64,000 bases of DNA from Piromyces finnis finn. Its lineage: Eukaryota; Fungi; Neocallimastigomycota. The DNA is taken from assembly GCA_002104945.1 (NCBI GenBank), contig MCFH01000008.1, positions 1,054,001-1,118,000 on the forward strand, read 5' to 3'. The notes beneath the pieces are model-generated. The model was given only the letters and a program-made list of their open reading frames with translations. It ran no database searches and had not been told where the DNA came from. Positions 42,699-54,306 of this stretch are shown here, piece by piece. Positions within the stretch are counted from its first letter, which is position 1. Every line of letters begins with the position of its first letter. The translations under genes were made by a program, and so were the position numbers.

Positions 42699-44565
42699 AT
42701 TTTTCAAAGATTTTAAAAAACTGGATGAATTTTTTTTCTATTTATTCTCAAATCTAATAAACTTTATTAATTATAAAAATTCATTCTTTAAATTAAAAAA
42801 AATTTTATTTTGTGTTATTTCAGGCACTAAACTTTATTTACCTATAAATGCAAAAAATAGGCAGTAAAAATCATAAAGTTTACAATTTAAAAAAAATAAA
42901 TAATTATAATTATTCATTCCATGAAAATTGCTATAATTAATAAAAAAATAAATACTACTTTATATTCTTTTAAAAAAAAACATTGTATTATGTATAAAAT
43001 AAATATCGAAAAAAAAATTTCAACTAAAATAGGAGAGATGCCTATTTTTATATATTTGACCCACCTAAAACGAAGCATTTCCTAAATCTATTAGGAAACA
43101 CGGCGGGTCATATATAAGAATTAAAAAATAATATAGAGGGATATGAATTAATTAATGGGTGAACCATTAAAATCACCTAAAATTAAATAAATAAATATAA
43201 AAATGATAAAAATATATTGTTATTAGTAATTCGCATGTTCTAAGAATATTCATGAACAATGATTTTTAGTAGTTTAATTAGCCACATTTTGTAGTATAAA
43301 TTTATTCAAATTTCCATTAATTCAATGGAGTTATTAGAAATGTTAATAAAGTTAATAAAGTTAACATAATTATAAAAACCTAAATTAACAACTTTTAATA
43401 AAAAAAAAAAAAAATAATTTAGTAGATAAATTGGATTTTACATTATAAACGTTTTATGAAAAGACGGGTGGATAATTTTTTTTTAAAAGATACAATACCT
43501 AATAAATGAAAATATATATACATATATATTACATATATGGGTATATGGGTATATAGATGGATATAGATGTTGAATGAAATAATAAAACAATAATTTACTA
43601 TAAAATTTTAAATAGTTTCATATTACAAAAACTATAGAAATATACCCTAATTTTATTGAAAAAGAAATCTTTTTTTTTTTTTATAATAAATTCATTCATA
43701 TTAATTTATTTTATTATTCAAATTATTTCAATTAAAATGAATAGACAAAGTCAACAATTATAGAACTATAATTATTCTATAATTTTTGAAAATAAAAAAA
43801 AAAAAAATTAAATAGTAATTCCAAAATAGTCAATTATTGTCATAAAGACATGCTTTCACAAAAAAAAAAAAAAAAAAAAAAAAAAAGGCCTACAGAAGAA
43901 CTAAATAATTATTTATATATAAAAAATGTATATAGAATAAATAAAAGCTTTAAAAAAATAAAATTAAAAAAGAAAACTTTTTTTTTTTAAGGAAGAAATA
44001 TATTAAATGATGTACTTTTTTATATTTTAATTTATTTATTTATTTATTTATTGTCCGTGATATTATTTTAAATGTTATTATCATTTAGAAATCGTTCAAA
44101 ATAATAATGAAAAAATGAAAAAAAAAAAAAAAAAATTAATAGATATGAAAATTTAGTATTATGATATTTAATGTAATTGAATAAATATGATGCTTATAAC
44201 AATAGAGGTACCAAATAATTAATATAATAATAGTAATTAATTGTTAATCTTATTATTTTTAAATTTTTTTTTTTAAGGTTTTTTAAATTATAAATATAAT
44301 TAAGAAGAGATGAATAAATAATAATAAATAATGATATTAGAATATTATATAAATAACATATCAATATCTATAAAATGAAAAAGTGATATGTAATTATTTT
44401 CTGTTTCTGATTCACTTTCTTTTTTTCTGATTTAATAATAATGTGTTTTCCGTATCAGATAGATAAATCTGTTATAGTAGTAATAAATAGTGATTAAAAA
44501 GCAATTGTATGATAATTGCTTTTTTTTTTTTTTTTAATTATATAATGTTTTCTTTTTCAACCTCC

Positions 44566-47352
44566 TTACAATTCAAAGGATGATCTCTTGTTGAATAAAA
44601 TGTTCATCAAGTTTTTTAAATCTTCCAAGCTTCCGCTATGGGCATCTTCAATATCTTCAATTTCAAGACTAAAGAATAATTTGTTTGATTGTTGAATTTC
44701 ATTAATAAATTCATTATTACTTGTAACATTATTTCCATAGGTAACATCCGTAATCATGGTATTATTAGCAATATAAGGAGAGGTAACTTCAAAACCGTAG
44801 AAATCAATGGTTCTATCTGGATTAAGACGTGGTAATGGTGCCTTCTTAACCTTACCATAACCAGTAACATAATCTGGGAAATATGGTTGTTCAGTACCAT
44901 AAATATTATAAGTACTAACCAAGTATAATGGTAAGATATCAGTAGTTTCTGAATACTTGTGACCAAGTATTTCGTCAACATAATTCTTGTAAAGAACACG
45001 AACTGGTTTGAATAAATCACGGTAGAATGGGAATGGTGCATTTCTAAAGTATCTGTAGGTAGTGATGAAATATTCGCCAAAGTAACTCATAATAACAGAA
45101 TAGGTATTGAAGAAATCTTCATGCTTACTTCTTTCATAATCTAATTCATCTTCAGGAATAACATCATGTAAATTGTATTTTGGATAGAATTTCTTACTGA
45201 AAAAGAATCGTGGGTGAACATAATTAATAAAGTAATGATTATTAGCAAGGTATACAAATCTTTCGGAAATACCTGGAATCTTATCTAAATACATTTCAAT
45301 GGCATGGATATTTTCTGAATCAGCTGCTGATTCTGGAAGAATTTCTGATTGATGAATAATCTTAACTCTTTGGTTGGAAGATTTTATCCAAGATAACTCA
45401 CTATCAACTTCTCTTTGGGTAACAATAAATATATTACCCTTGAACCAAGGAAGGTACATATCAATAGAACGCATGGAATACTTTAATTCATTTATAACAT
45501 TGTTATTATTTGGTTCTGCATTTTTTAAAATATAAACAAAGGAAATATCCTTTGCCCATTGCCACTCATCACTTAAACTTTTTCCATTATAGGATAAAAG
45601 GAAGTCAACTTCACTAGATTCTCTGTCACTAATTTCTTTCTTTGGACCTGAAATGGCTTCCTTTTTATCCAAGTAGTCACTAATGATGTTTAATTTATAT
45701 TGGTACACAATTTGTTTAAATTTGTAAATACTTTGTTCCTTAAAAAGACTTCCAACTGAATCAGTAATATTATTACTAAAAGAATTGGTTTTATTAAAAA
45801 TAGGCATAATTTCTTTTTCCACTTCAATATATTCTTCTTTTTCAAATTCAGATGGATCTGGATATCTAGTTACCATGTATTCAGTAAATTCATATAATGA
45901 TTTTTCTTTGGTGTAGGCATCATTGAAATTATAAATTAAAAGATTAGTGTGAGTCTTGTATAAATTGAAATATCTTCTATTTCTTCTGGAATCATCAGTA
46001 ATTTTTCCAAATTTAATAAATTTATCAGCAATTGGACCAGAAACAATTTTTACTGAATAATCATTTATAGTTCTGTTGGCTGGTAAAGTATAACCCTTGA
46101 AACTCTTTGCTTTTCCCTTTCCTCCGAATTTCTTTGGAAATTCTTTATGTTTAGTAACATATTGAACAAATGTTTGGTAAAGATAAATAACTTGTGGTTT
46201 GTATGGACTTCTGAATCTATCAGAGCAAACAATTTTTAATTCATCCTTAAATAATTGACGATATGGTTCATATAAATCACGATAAAATACATGGCCAGTA
46301 TGATATAAATCACGGTACTTGAATTCTTTATCAAAGTATTTTCTAATAATTTCACGAGTGTAATACTTTGTAGCTTGGAAAATTTCATGAATCATATTTA
46401 ATCTAATAATTTCATCAATTTTGCTTTTTTCAAGATCAGCGATGTGACGTCTATAAACCTTTGGGTAAAAAGTTTTACTGGTGAAGAAAAATGCAGGGTG
46501 TACATAATTATTTAAGAAAATATCATCATTGAAATAAATAAAACGTTCTGTAATACCAGGGATTTTATCGAAATATAATTCAATAGTTGTAGAATCATAA
46601 GTTGGGAAAACATGTTCGGGGAAAATATCTCTATGATAAATAATTTTTACTCTTGGATTTGAAGTATCTAACCACTTTGGAATTTGATCATTAGTAACAA
46701 TGTAAATTGTACCTCTATGCCATGGTAAATACTTTTTTAAAGAACGAAAAGAATAGCGAAGTTCATCGGCTGAACGATCTCTACTGTTATATTCTCTAAT
46801 ACCACCGTTATACTTTGACTTAATATCTAAGAAATCAACATCATTGCCATCAACCCATGTATAAACAATAGATATATCTTTAACCCATTCCCATTCCGGT
46901 TCAAGTTCACCACCTTGATAATTGACAATACATTCGGTTTCATTATATTTCTTATTTTCGTCAATTGGGCTATCATATAGAATTTCTTCAGCGTTATTTT
47001 CGTTATTGTTGTCATCATCAACAATATTTCCGTTATTGTTATCATCAACATTATTTTCGTTATTGTCATCATTTTCAAAATCATTGTTATTATCTAAAAT
47101 GTCATTAATTTTATACTCTTCATGAGCATAATCTTCAGTGTCTAAATATTCTTTATCATTTTCATCTTTATCACTTTTTAATAACTTTGAATTATCATTA
47201 AGAATTTTTTCAGCAAAATTAGCTTGGTCATTTAATAAAATACCTTCAATATTATCTACATTTTGATTTACTTTTGAGCCATTAAATATAAGGAAAAAAA
47301 TACCAACGGTAAGAAGAGTTAATAAAATGATAAAATCTTTTTTATACAACAT
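44566..47352 (-). CDS. Stealth-family sugar-1-phosphate transferase, type II membrane, intronless, with two tandem Stealth modules (928 aa)
   Basis: CR1 DISIVYTWVDGND; CR2 DELRYSFRSLKKYLPW..IYIVT..IELYFDKIPGITERFIYFNDDIFL; CR3 HTGHVFYRD..DRFRS; CR4 IYNFND; second copy DISFVY, ELKYSMRSIDMYLPW, IEMYLDKIPGISERFVY; N-terminal TM FIILLTLLTVGIFFLIF. Confidence 0.92.
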   Translation of the reverse strand: MLYKKDFIILLTLLTVGIFFLIFNGSKVNQNVDNIEGILLNDQANFAEKILNDNSKLLKSDKDENDKEYLDTEDYAHEEYKINDILDNNNDFENDDNNENNVDDNNNGNIVDDDNNNENNAEEILYDSPIDENKKYNETECIVNYQGGELEPEWEWVKDISIVYTWVDGNDVDFLDIKSKYNGGIREYNSRDRSADELRYSFRSLKKYLPWHRGTIYIVTNDQIPKWLDTSNPRVKIIYHRDIFPEHVFPTYDSTTIELYFDKIPGITERFIYFNDDIFLNNYVHPAFFFTSKTFYPKVYRRHIADLEKSKIDEIIRLNMIHEIFQATKYYTREIIRKYFDKEFKYRDLYHTGHVFYRDLYEPYRQLFKDELKIVCSDRFRSPYKPQVIYLYQTFVQYVTKHKEFPKKFGGKGKAKSFKGYTLPANRTINDYSVKIVSGPIADKFIKFGKITDDSRRNRRYFNLYKTHTNLLIYNFNDAYTKEKSLYEFTEYMVTRYPDPSEFEKEEYIEVEKEIMPIFNKTNSFSNNITDSVGSLFKEQSIYKFKQIVYQYKLNIISDYLDKKEAISGPKKEISDRESSEVDFLLSYNGKSLSDEWQWAKDISFVYILKNAEPNNNNVINELKYSMRSIDMYLPWFKGNIFIVTQREVDSELSWIKSSNQRVKIIHQSEILPESAADSENIHAIEMYLDKIPGISERFVYLANNHYFINYVHPRFFFSKKFYPKYNLHDVIPEDELDYERSKHEDFFNTYSVIMSYFGEYFITTYRYFRNAPFPFYRDLFKPVRVLYKNYVDEILGHKYSETTDILPLYLVSTYNIYGTEQPYFPDYVTGYGKVKKAPLPRLNPDRTIDFYGFEVTSPYIANNTMITDVTYGNNVTSNNEFINEIQQSNKLFFSLEIEDIEDAHSGSLEDLKNLMNILFNKRSSFEL

Positions 47353-49033
47353 TTTAAATAATATGTTATATATTACAATATATTGATATATTTGTATAGT
47401 TTAAAATAGCTTTAAAATAATAATAAATATAATAATGTAAAATAATTTAAATTGTAATTATTATTTAATTTTTTCTCTTTTTTTTATTTCTCACAAGAAA
47501 AAGAAAAAGAGATAATTATTTCAAATAATAAATTAATATATAAAGTGATAGTTTTTTCCTTTGATATATGTACTATGTATAATTTAATAAAATTATTAAT
47601 ACTTGTTATATAAGCATTATTTAATAAAGATTTAACTTTTAATCTACACTTTTTGTTAATGGAAAAGAAAAAAAAAATAAAAAGAATACAAAATAAAAAT
47701 GATGAAATAATAGTAATTTTTTTTTTCAATTTTTTATGTAATCTACATAATTATTATATATTATCAATAATAATTACCAATATATAGAGTTTTTATACAG
47801 AAGTTAATTAAAAAAATATATTATCAATTATAATATATGGATGTAACATTTAATAGATATATAAAACTCTATTCAATATATAATCAAATATATTACAGTA
47901 AAAAATTAATTAAACTTTAATAGAAAGATTTCTTTATATATAATAAAAAAAACAAAAAAAAATTAATTCCTTCCACCATATATAAATAGTTATTACAATA
48001 TATTAATATTAACAAATCATCATTAAGAATTTTAATAGAATGTATTTTATTGTATTATACATTATAAAATGTAAATATATTCAATTTAAAAATTATAAAT
48101 TTATTATTACAAATTACAAAATAATATAAATCTTTAATTAAATGTAAAAAAAGTTTAATTTAAAAAAAAAAATTGAATGTGGCTTAATTAATTAAAGTTT
48201 TATATAGATAATAGTTATAAAAGAAAATTTTAACTCATTTTTCATATCAATTATGTGGAATTATGTGGTACAAGACAAAACAACAAACCTAGTGAAATTA
48301 TTCCAATTATGGTAATAATAGGAAAAAAAAAGGTTAGCTATGCCATAGCCATAATCAAAAATGGCTTCTACCTAATAATACTTCAAATAGAAAAAACATA
48401 ATATAAAAATACTTGCTCTTCCTACTTATTTTAAAATAAATTAAAAAACTATCTTTTTTTTTTATTGTAAAATATCTTTTTTTTTTATTTAAATAATAAA
48501 CAAGTAAAACTTTTAAACAAGAAATAAAGTATTTGGTAGATTATTTACTATTAAAATAAAATGATCATATATTAAATTATATTATAATTTATTAATACAA
48601 TATATTATTTCTTGTATTTAATTATTAATTACCCATTTTATTAAAAAAATTTTTATGGTTGAAAATCGAGTCATATTCTAAAGATGCAACAATTACATTA
48701 CATTGCATTAAATGATTATAACAATACATATGTATTTAAATTACAGCCAATGAAATAAAAAACCAAATTAGTTATTAAATTAAATTTGTTACACTTTCAA
48801 AAAAAAAAAAGGCTACAACAATTATGTTACATTGGACTGTTATCATGTTAAATAAAAAAAATACTTTTTTTTTATCTTTTCATTTAGTAGAATAAAAAAC
48901 TTTTTTTAAAAAAAAAGGAAAAAAAAAACAAAAGAAATATTTTATTTTTCTATCTATTATTTTAAATAAATTGGTTTTATTCTGATCAATTTATTGCCAC
49001 CATCAAATTTATGTTTATTTTTCACAAAATAAA

Positions 49034-49037
<4 letters not shown>

Positions 49038-49075
<38 letters not shown>

Positions 49076-49103
49076 TCTATTTATTTATTTATTTATTTAT
49101 TTA
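49038..49103. repeat. (ATTT)n microsatellite
   Basis: Direct reading. Confidence 0.85.
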
Positions 49104-49522
49104 TAAATAAAAAAAATTTAATGCTTTGTTTTTTGTGTTTATCAAATACAATTATATATTATTATTATTCTATGTATTTTAATTCAAGTACTACATAAAC
49201 ATTTTTTATTATTATTACAGTTTGAGTTTATGTACATTTTTTATTTAAAAAAATCCGATTATTTCTGGATAAAATTTTAATAAATCTTGAAAACTTGAAA
49301 AAGAATTTCTTATACAAATCATGTGCTTTTTTATTTTAAAGGTTAGGTTAATTTTTTAATATTATTTTATTATTTTTTAGTGAAAATACAATTTAGAAAA
49401 CATATTAATATTAAATAAAAAAAATTATATAATGACTTTTAAATATTTAACTATTTATTAGGCAATATAAATACATAATTTATATATTATTATTATATAT
49501 ATTATTATTAATTTTAACAATA

Positions 49523-52500
49523 TTATAAAGCTAACGTTTTAATCCATGAAAAATTTATATCATCTGTGTATGAATCTCTCATTCTTACAAGACATTCATT
49601 AACATTATCAACAGCATCAAAAATATTTTTTCTAATATTAGTAATGAGTTGACGACGGATTTTGGAATTAATCATCGGAGATCCTAATGAATATAATATG
49701 CTTTCAACATATTTTTAAGTAAAAATTATATAATAAAAATATTTTAGAGAATGATATCATGAGGATTTATCATATTAATTCAATTATATATACCCAAATT
49801 TAGAACGATTCACTTCAAGATGTAAATCATCAACAAAACATTCAATCTTTCTTGGTACAATAATTCTATATGGATCATTTTTACATATTTCAAATTTAGT
49901 CATTATAGTTATTCCCTTACCACCAACCTAAAAAAAAAAAGTATTAATATAAAAAAAAAAAAAGATTCTTTAATAATTAGTAAATATTATAAAGAGTGGG
50001 TATTATTAATTTTGCCATACAGTAAAATTAGCAACTCCCCAGTCTGTCATTTTTGGAAAACCTTTTTTCTTATGATACCAGAATGGAACATCTCTAATAT
50101 CTGCTTGAATTTCATAACTTTTTTTTCATATATTCAATATTATAATTATGATGATATATATGATAATATATATGAATAAATTAGATATAAAATATTTTTA
50201 TTATTTATTTATTCATTTATTGTATCCAATTTATTGTGATACATATAAAATACATTTATAAAATATAAAAAAATAATACGTACAGATTCAATGTAATATA
50301 ATTTCTAAAATCATTATTAATAGACTTTCTTAAACCAATAATAGATGAATGTTTAATCTCAATTAATTGTATACATCCATAATGATAGTCGATTATTATT
50401 ATTATAAATATTATAAATGTTTACATTTAATAAAACAAAAATTATATAGATCAATAAATTAATAGATATATAGTTATTACTTTGGCTTCCATAACATTAG
50501 GTAAAAAATTATCACTAGATAAGAAAATGTCTTCCATAACAAGATGATAGTTTGAGTCTTCATATTCTAATCTCGAGATTGGAATATATCTTATATTTTG
50601 AACTACAATCTATAAAAAAGAAAATATCATTATAAACAATAAATAATATAAATTTATGATTTCTTTATAAAATAAATATTAAAGATTATTACTGGAAGAG
50701 ACATAGTAATAATATCTTTAAATAGATCCTTTTTAAAAGTAACTTTTCCATTTCTTTAATATATTATAATAAAGAAAATGATTTAATTATTATCTAAAAT
50801 TGTTATGTTATATATATATTTATGACACTCAGTACTATATAAAAATTAAAACTATTTTTTTACCTATTCATAAAAATATCTTTTGTTAATTGCATTAAAC
50901 TATGGGAAAATCTTCTAGTTAATGGATCAGAAATTAAATGATCCATGTATTTGGAACTTTCATTTAAAACTGTTTCTAATTCATTATGGAAATATTTTTG
51001 ATGAGAATATTTTTCCGAGAAATTTAAAATACCTTCATCTAATAACATCATTCCAACATCAATATATTCTTGACTTTGAATATATTGTGGATCTTTTAAT
51101 ACTCTATACAAATATTTATTAATCTTTGATAAAATTTAAATTATATAAATAATTATAATCATGTATTTATGATAAATATTATAGTATTATTAATAACCTT
51201 TTTAATATATTCTTTTTTAAATTTATCATTTTTAACATATTCACGAATATTTCCCAAAGCAATTAATAATTTATTTAATGAATAGCCTTGAGCAAGATTT
51301 TCCATAATAGTCTTTATATATAGATATAATAGGTATTTTTTTGTATATATACACAATAAATTGATTTTTTTGTTAAATTTCTATTAAAATTAAAAAAAAA
51401 AGAAAATATTTAAATACACTAAATTTACTTTTAAAGCTCTTAAAGATTCAGTAATATTATAATCTTCAATGGAAGAATCCACTGATTTTTCCGCATTTTT
51501 CATAGTATATATACCATTTTTAATAAAATCATTGACTAATTTAATTAAAACTGAAATTGAATTTTGATACAACTCATTTCTATCATTAAAGAAATTTTAT
51601 GTATGTTTAATAATAATAATAATAAAAGGTATTATAAAATGTTAGGTTATAAATTTTTTGTGTTATAAAAACAAAAAATATAATAATTATGTAAATATTA
51701 AAATAAATTTATACCTTTGAACCTCAGAAATGATCACTTGAAGTCTTTTCAAAATATTATAAATAATATCTTTATTAAATTTGGATTTTATAGTATAATT
51801 CATCATATTTATTTTTGATATGGGGATTTTTTGAGATATTTTATTTTTCATAATGCCAAGATTCATATTTTGAACTGAATTAGAAATTCGCTTTAATGAA
51901 ATACTCTCTTTTTTACTTTTGATATCACTTATATCATCTAAACTGTTACTCTTATATAAAGATGATGCCTTTTGAGATGTAATAAAACTAGAAAATGTTG
52001 AGGATACTGGATGTTTCAATTTATATTGATATTTACTTGATCTATACTTGTTTTTATAAATATTATTTTCATCTTCTTCTTCGGTAACCTGATTCTCATA
52101 GAAATTTTTGGAATTATCAAGGAATTCATTAGATTCATAATTTATATCAATTTCTTGATAAAGATTAGAATTATTTTCTTCATTTAATGTTTCATTTTTA
52201 GATGAGTTTGGATTCATTCCATCATGAACACTAACCTTTTGATAAGAATTACTATTATTACTTCTAATGCTGTTATTACTAATACTACCACCTTCCTCTT
52301 TACCTTCGCTTTTTCTAAGATGAGTTGAAGGATTAGTTTTATCATTCATAGAATTAAGTGGTGTTGTAGTGAAATAGTGATATTCTTCTTCATCGTCACT
52401 TTTATTACTTTTATTATCTTTAGAAAATCGACCTGTAGAATTAAATTTTTCATCAAAAGAATGATTATTCTTTTCCAATAACGAATTCTCGTCATATTGT

Positions 52501-52684
52501 AATTTCTCATCTGATTTAGTAAAAGTTTTATTAAACACTTCAACAATAATTTCTTTAATTAATTGGTTTATATCAGAAATAAGATCTTGAAAATTAGAAT
52601 TGGATAAGAAAAGTTGAATAATTCCAAAAATTTCAGAATATACTATAGAAAAAAAAAATAAAAAAAAAAAGAGAGAAAATAGTA

Positions 52685-52728
<44 letters not shown>

Positions 52729-54306
52729 GTAAAATATTTTGATGATGTTATTAAATATATATATAGATAAGATAAATATTTCAACTTGAATATATATATA
52801 TGGAATTTACCTTGTTTAATTTCATTTTTATCTGCTTTACGTTCTCTTGAGTTTCTTTTTCCTAAAAATTTAAATATATTTGTTATAAATAAATATATTT
52901 ACATAGGATATTTAAATGATTTTTTTATATAAAAATATTACCTTCAATAAGATTCGAAGTTAAAGAGGAAGTTTTAGTTGATAATCTAGAATAATAGATG
53001 AGTTTTTGTAAACTTTCATCTTTATTTTTTTCTTGGAGCATTAAATAAATAATATCTAAGAATTCCATCCAATCGTTAAATAAATATTTTCCATCTGCAG
53101 AAAGGTTAACGGAATATTCTCTTAAATGTTGAGAATTTCGAATTTGATTAATGAAAATAAAAAGTTGACTATTTGTAGGTAATTTTCCATTCGCTAAAGC
53201 TTTAAATGCCCCAAATATTTTTCGTTTACGTTGATATTCTTGATACTTTACCCTAGGATCATGAACTGATTTTGGTAATCTAAAAACTCGATTCGGATCA
53301 TCTGCTGGAGAAATAACCATATTTGGAAGTGGTTTATATTTATTGGATTTGGAATGTTTAGTAGAATGAAAATAAGGTCGTTTGGGAAAATTGGAAGGAT
53401 GATTAGTTGAAGAAGAAGTAGATGAAGAAGAGGAAGTAGATGATGAAGATGATGAAGAGGAAGAGGAGGAACTTGAACTGGTCTCTAAAGAAACTCTTGG
53501 ATCATCTAAATAACATTCATCCATGGAACGAGAACGATGAAGAGAATCTGCTTGTCGATAATATCCACCACCTAAAAGAAAAGATCTTGGACGAGGGCGT
53601 GGATCAACACTACGAGAATGGATTTTAATTTGAGATCCTTCCTTAGATTGATTAGAAGAAAGAGAAGAAAAAGAGGTTGAGCGAGTATGTTTTGACATTT
53701 TATAATATTCTGAATTATTGAAAGTGTTGTCCTCACGTTTAGTAGAAGTAAAATCATAATAATATGGTTGATCCGAATGAATTGATGGATTTTGATTCTC
53801 ATAAGAAAAATTTTTCCTTTTATAATTGTACTGATTATTATTAGAAGTGGAGCCTTGCTCATAAATAATTGGATTCTTGAAAGCATTAACATCTAAATCG
53901 TAAAAATTTAATTTTTTATCATCTTTTTTATCAAAGTATGCTTGTAATATAGAAGATTCATCACAATACTTACCAGCAGAATCTGTATTATAATTATAAA
54001 GAAAAAAAATTATTAAAATTTAAAAAAAAAATTAAATTTTATTTATATATATAAGTATAGGTATTTCATTGGATTATTTAAATTACTCGTAGGATAATCA
54101 TTTTCATAAATATTTGGATAATGACTAGAAACATTCTCACCATCAGAATGGGCAACTGGCTTAGACAAACGACGAGAACGACGGAAGTACCTATTTTTTT
54201 TACTTTTGATTTTTATACCTGCCTAAAATAGATTAACAAGAGTCATTAATAATAATAATAAAAAAAAGCATATATATATATTTTTCTTTTTTTTTTTTTT
54301 TACCAT
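49523..54306 (-). CDS. Fungal HAM1-like (DUF5923/DUF4449 type) large protein with long Ser/Asn-rich inserts, multi-exon
   Basis: IFGAFKALANGKLPTNSQL..LSADGKYLFND..LQEKNKDESLQKLIYYS; later exons LISDPLTRRF..LTKDIF, IPISRLEYEDSNYHLVMEDIFL, IQADIRDVPFWYHKKKGFPKMTDWGVANF, FEICKKDPYRIINVPRKIECFVDDLH, IIRQLITNIRKNIFD; family recognised from memory of these motifs. Confidence 0.7.

Noticed and set aside
52901-52912. ATATCCT on the minus strand inside a HAM1-like intron
   Set aside because: Reads ATATCCTA rather than ATATCCTT and lies inside a normal in-phase GT-AG intron
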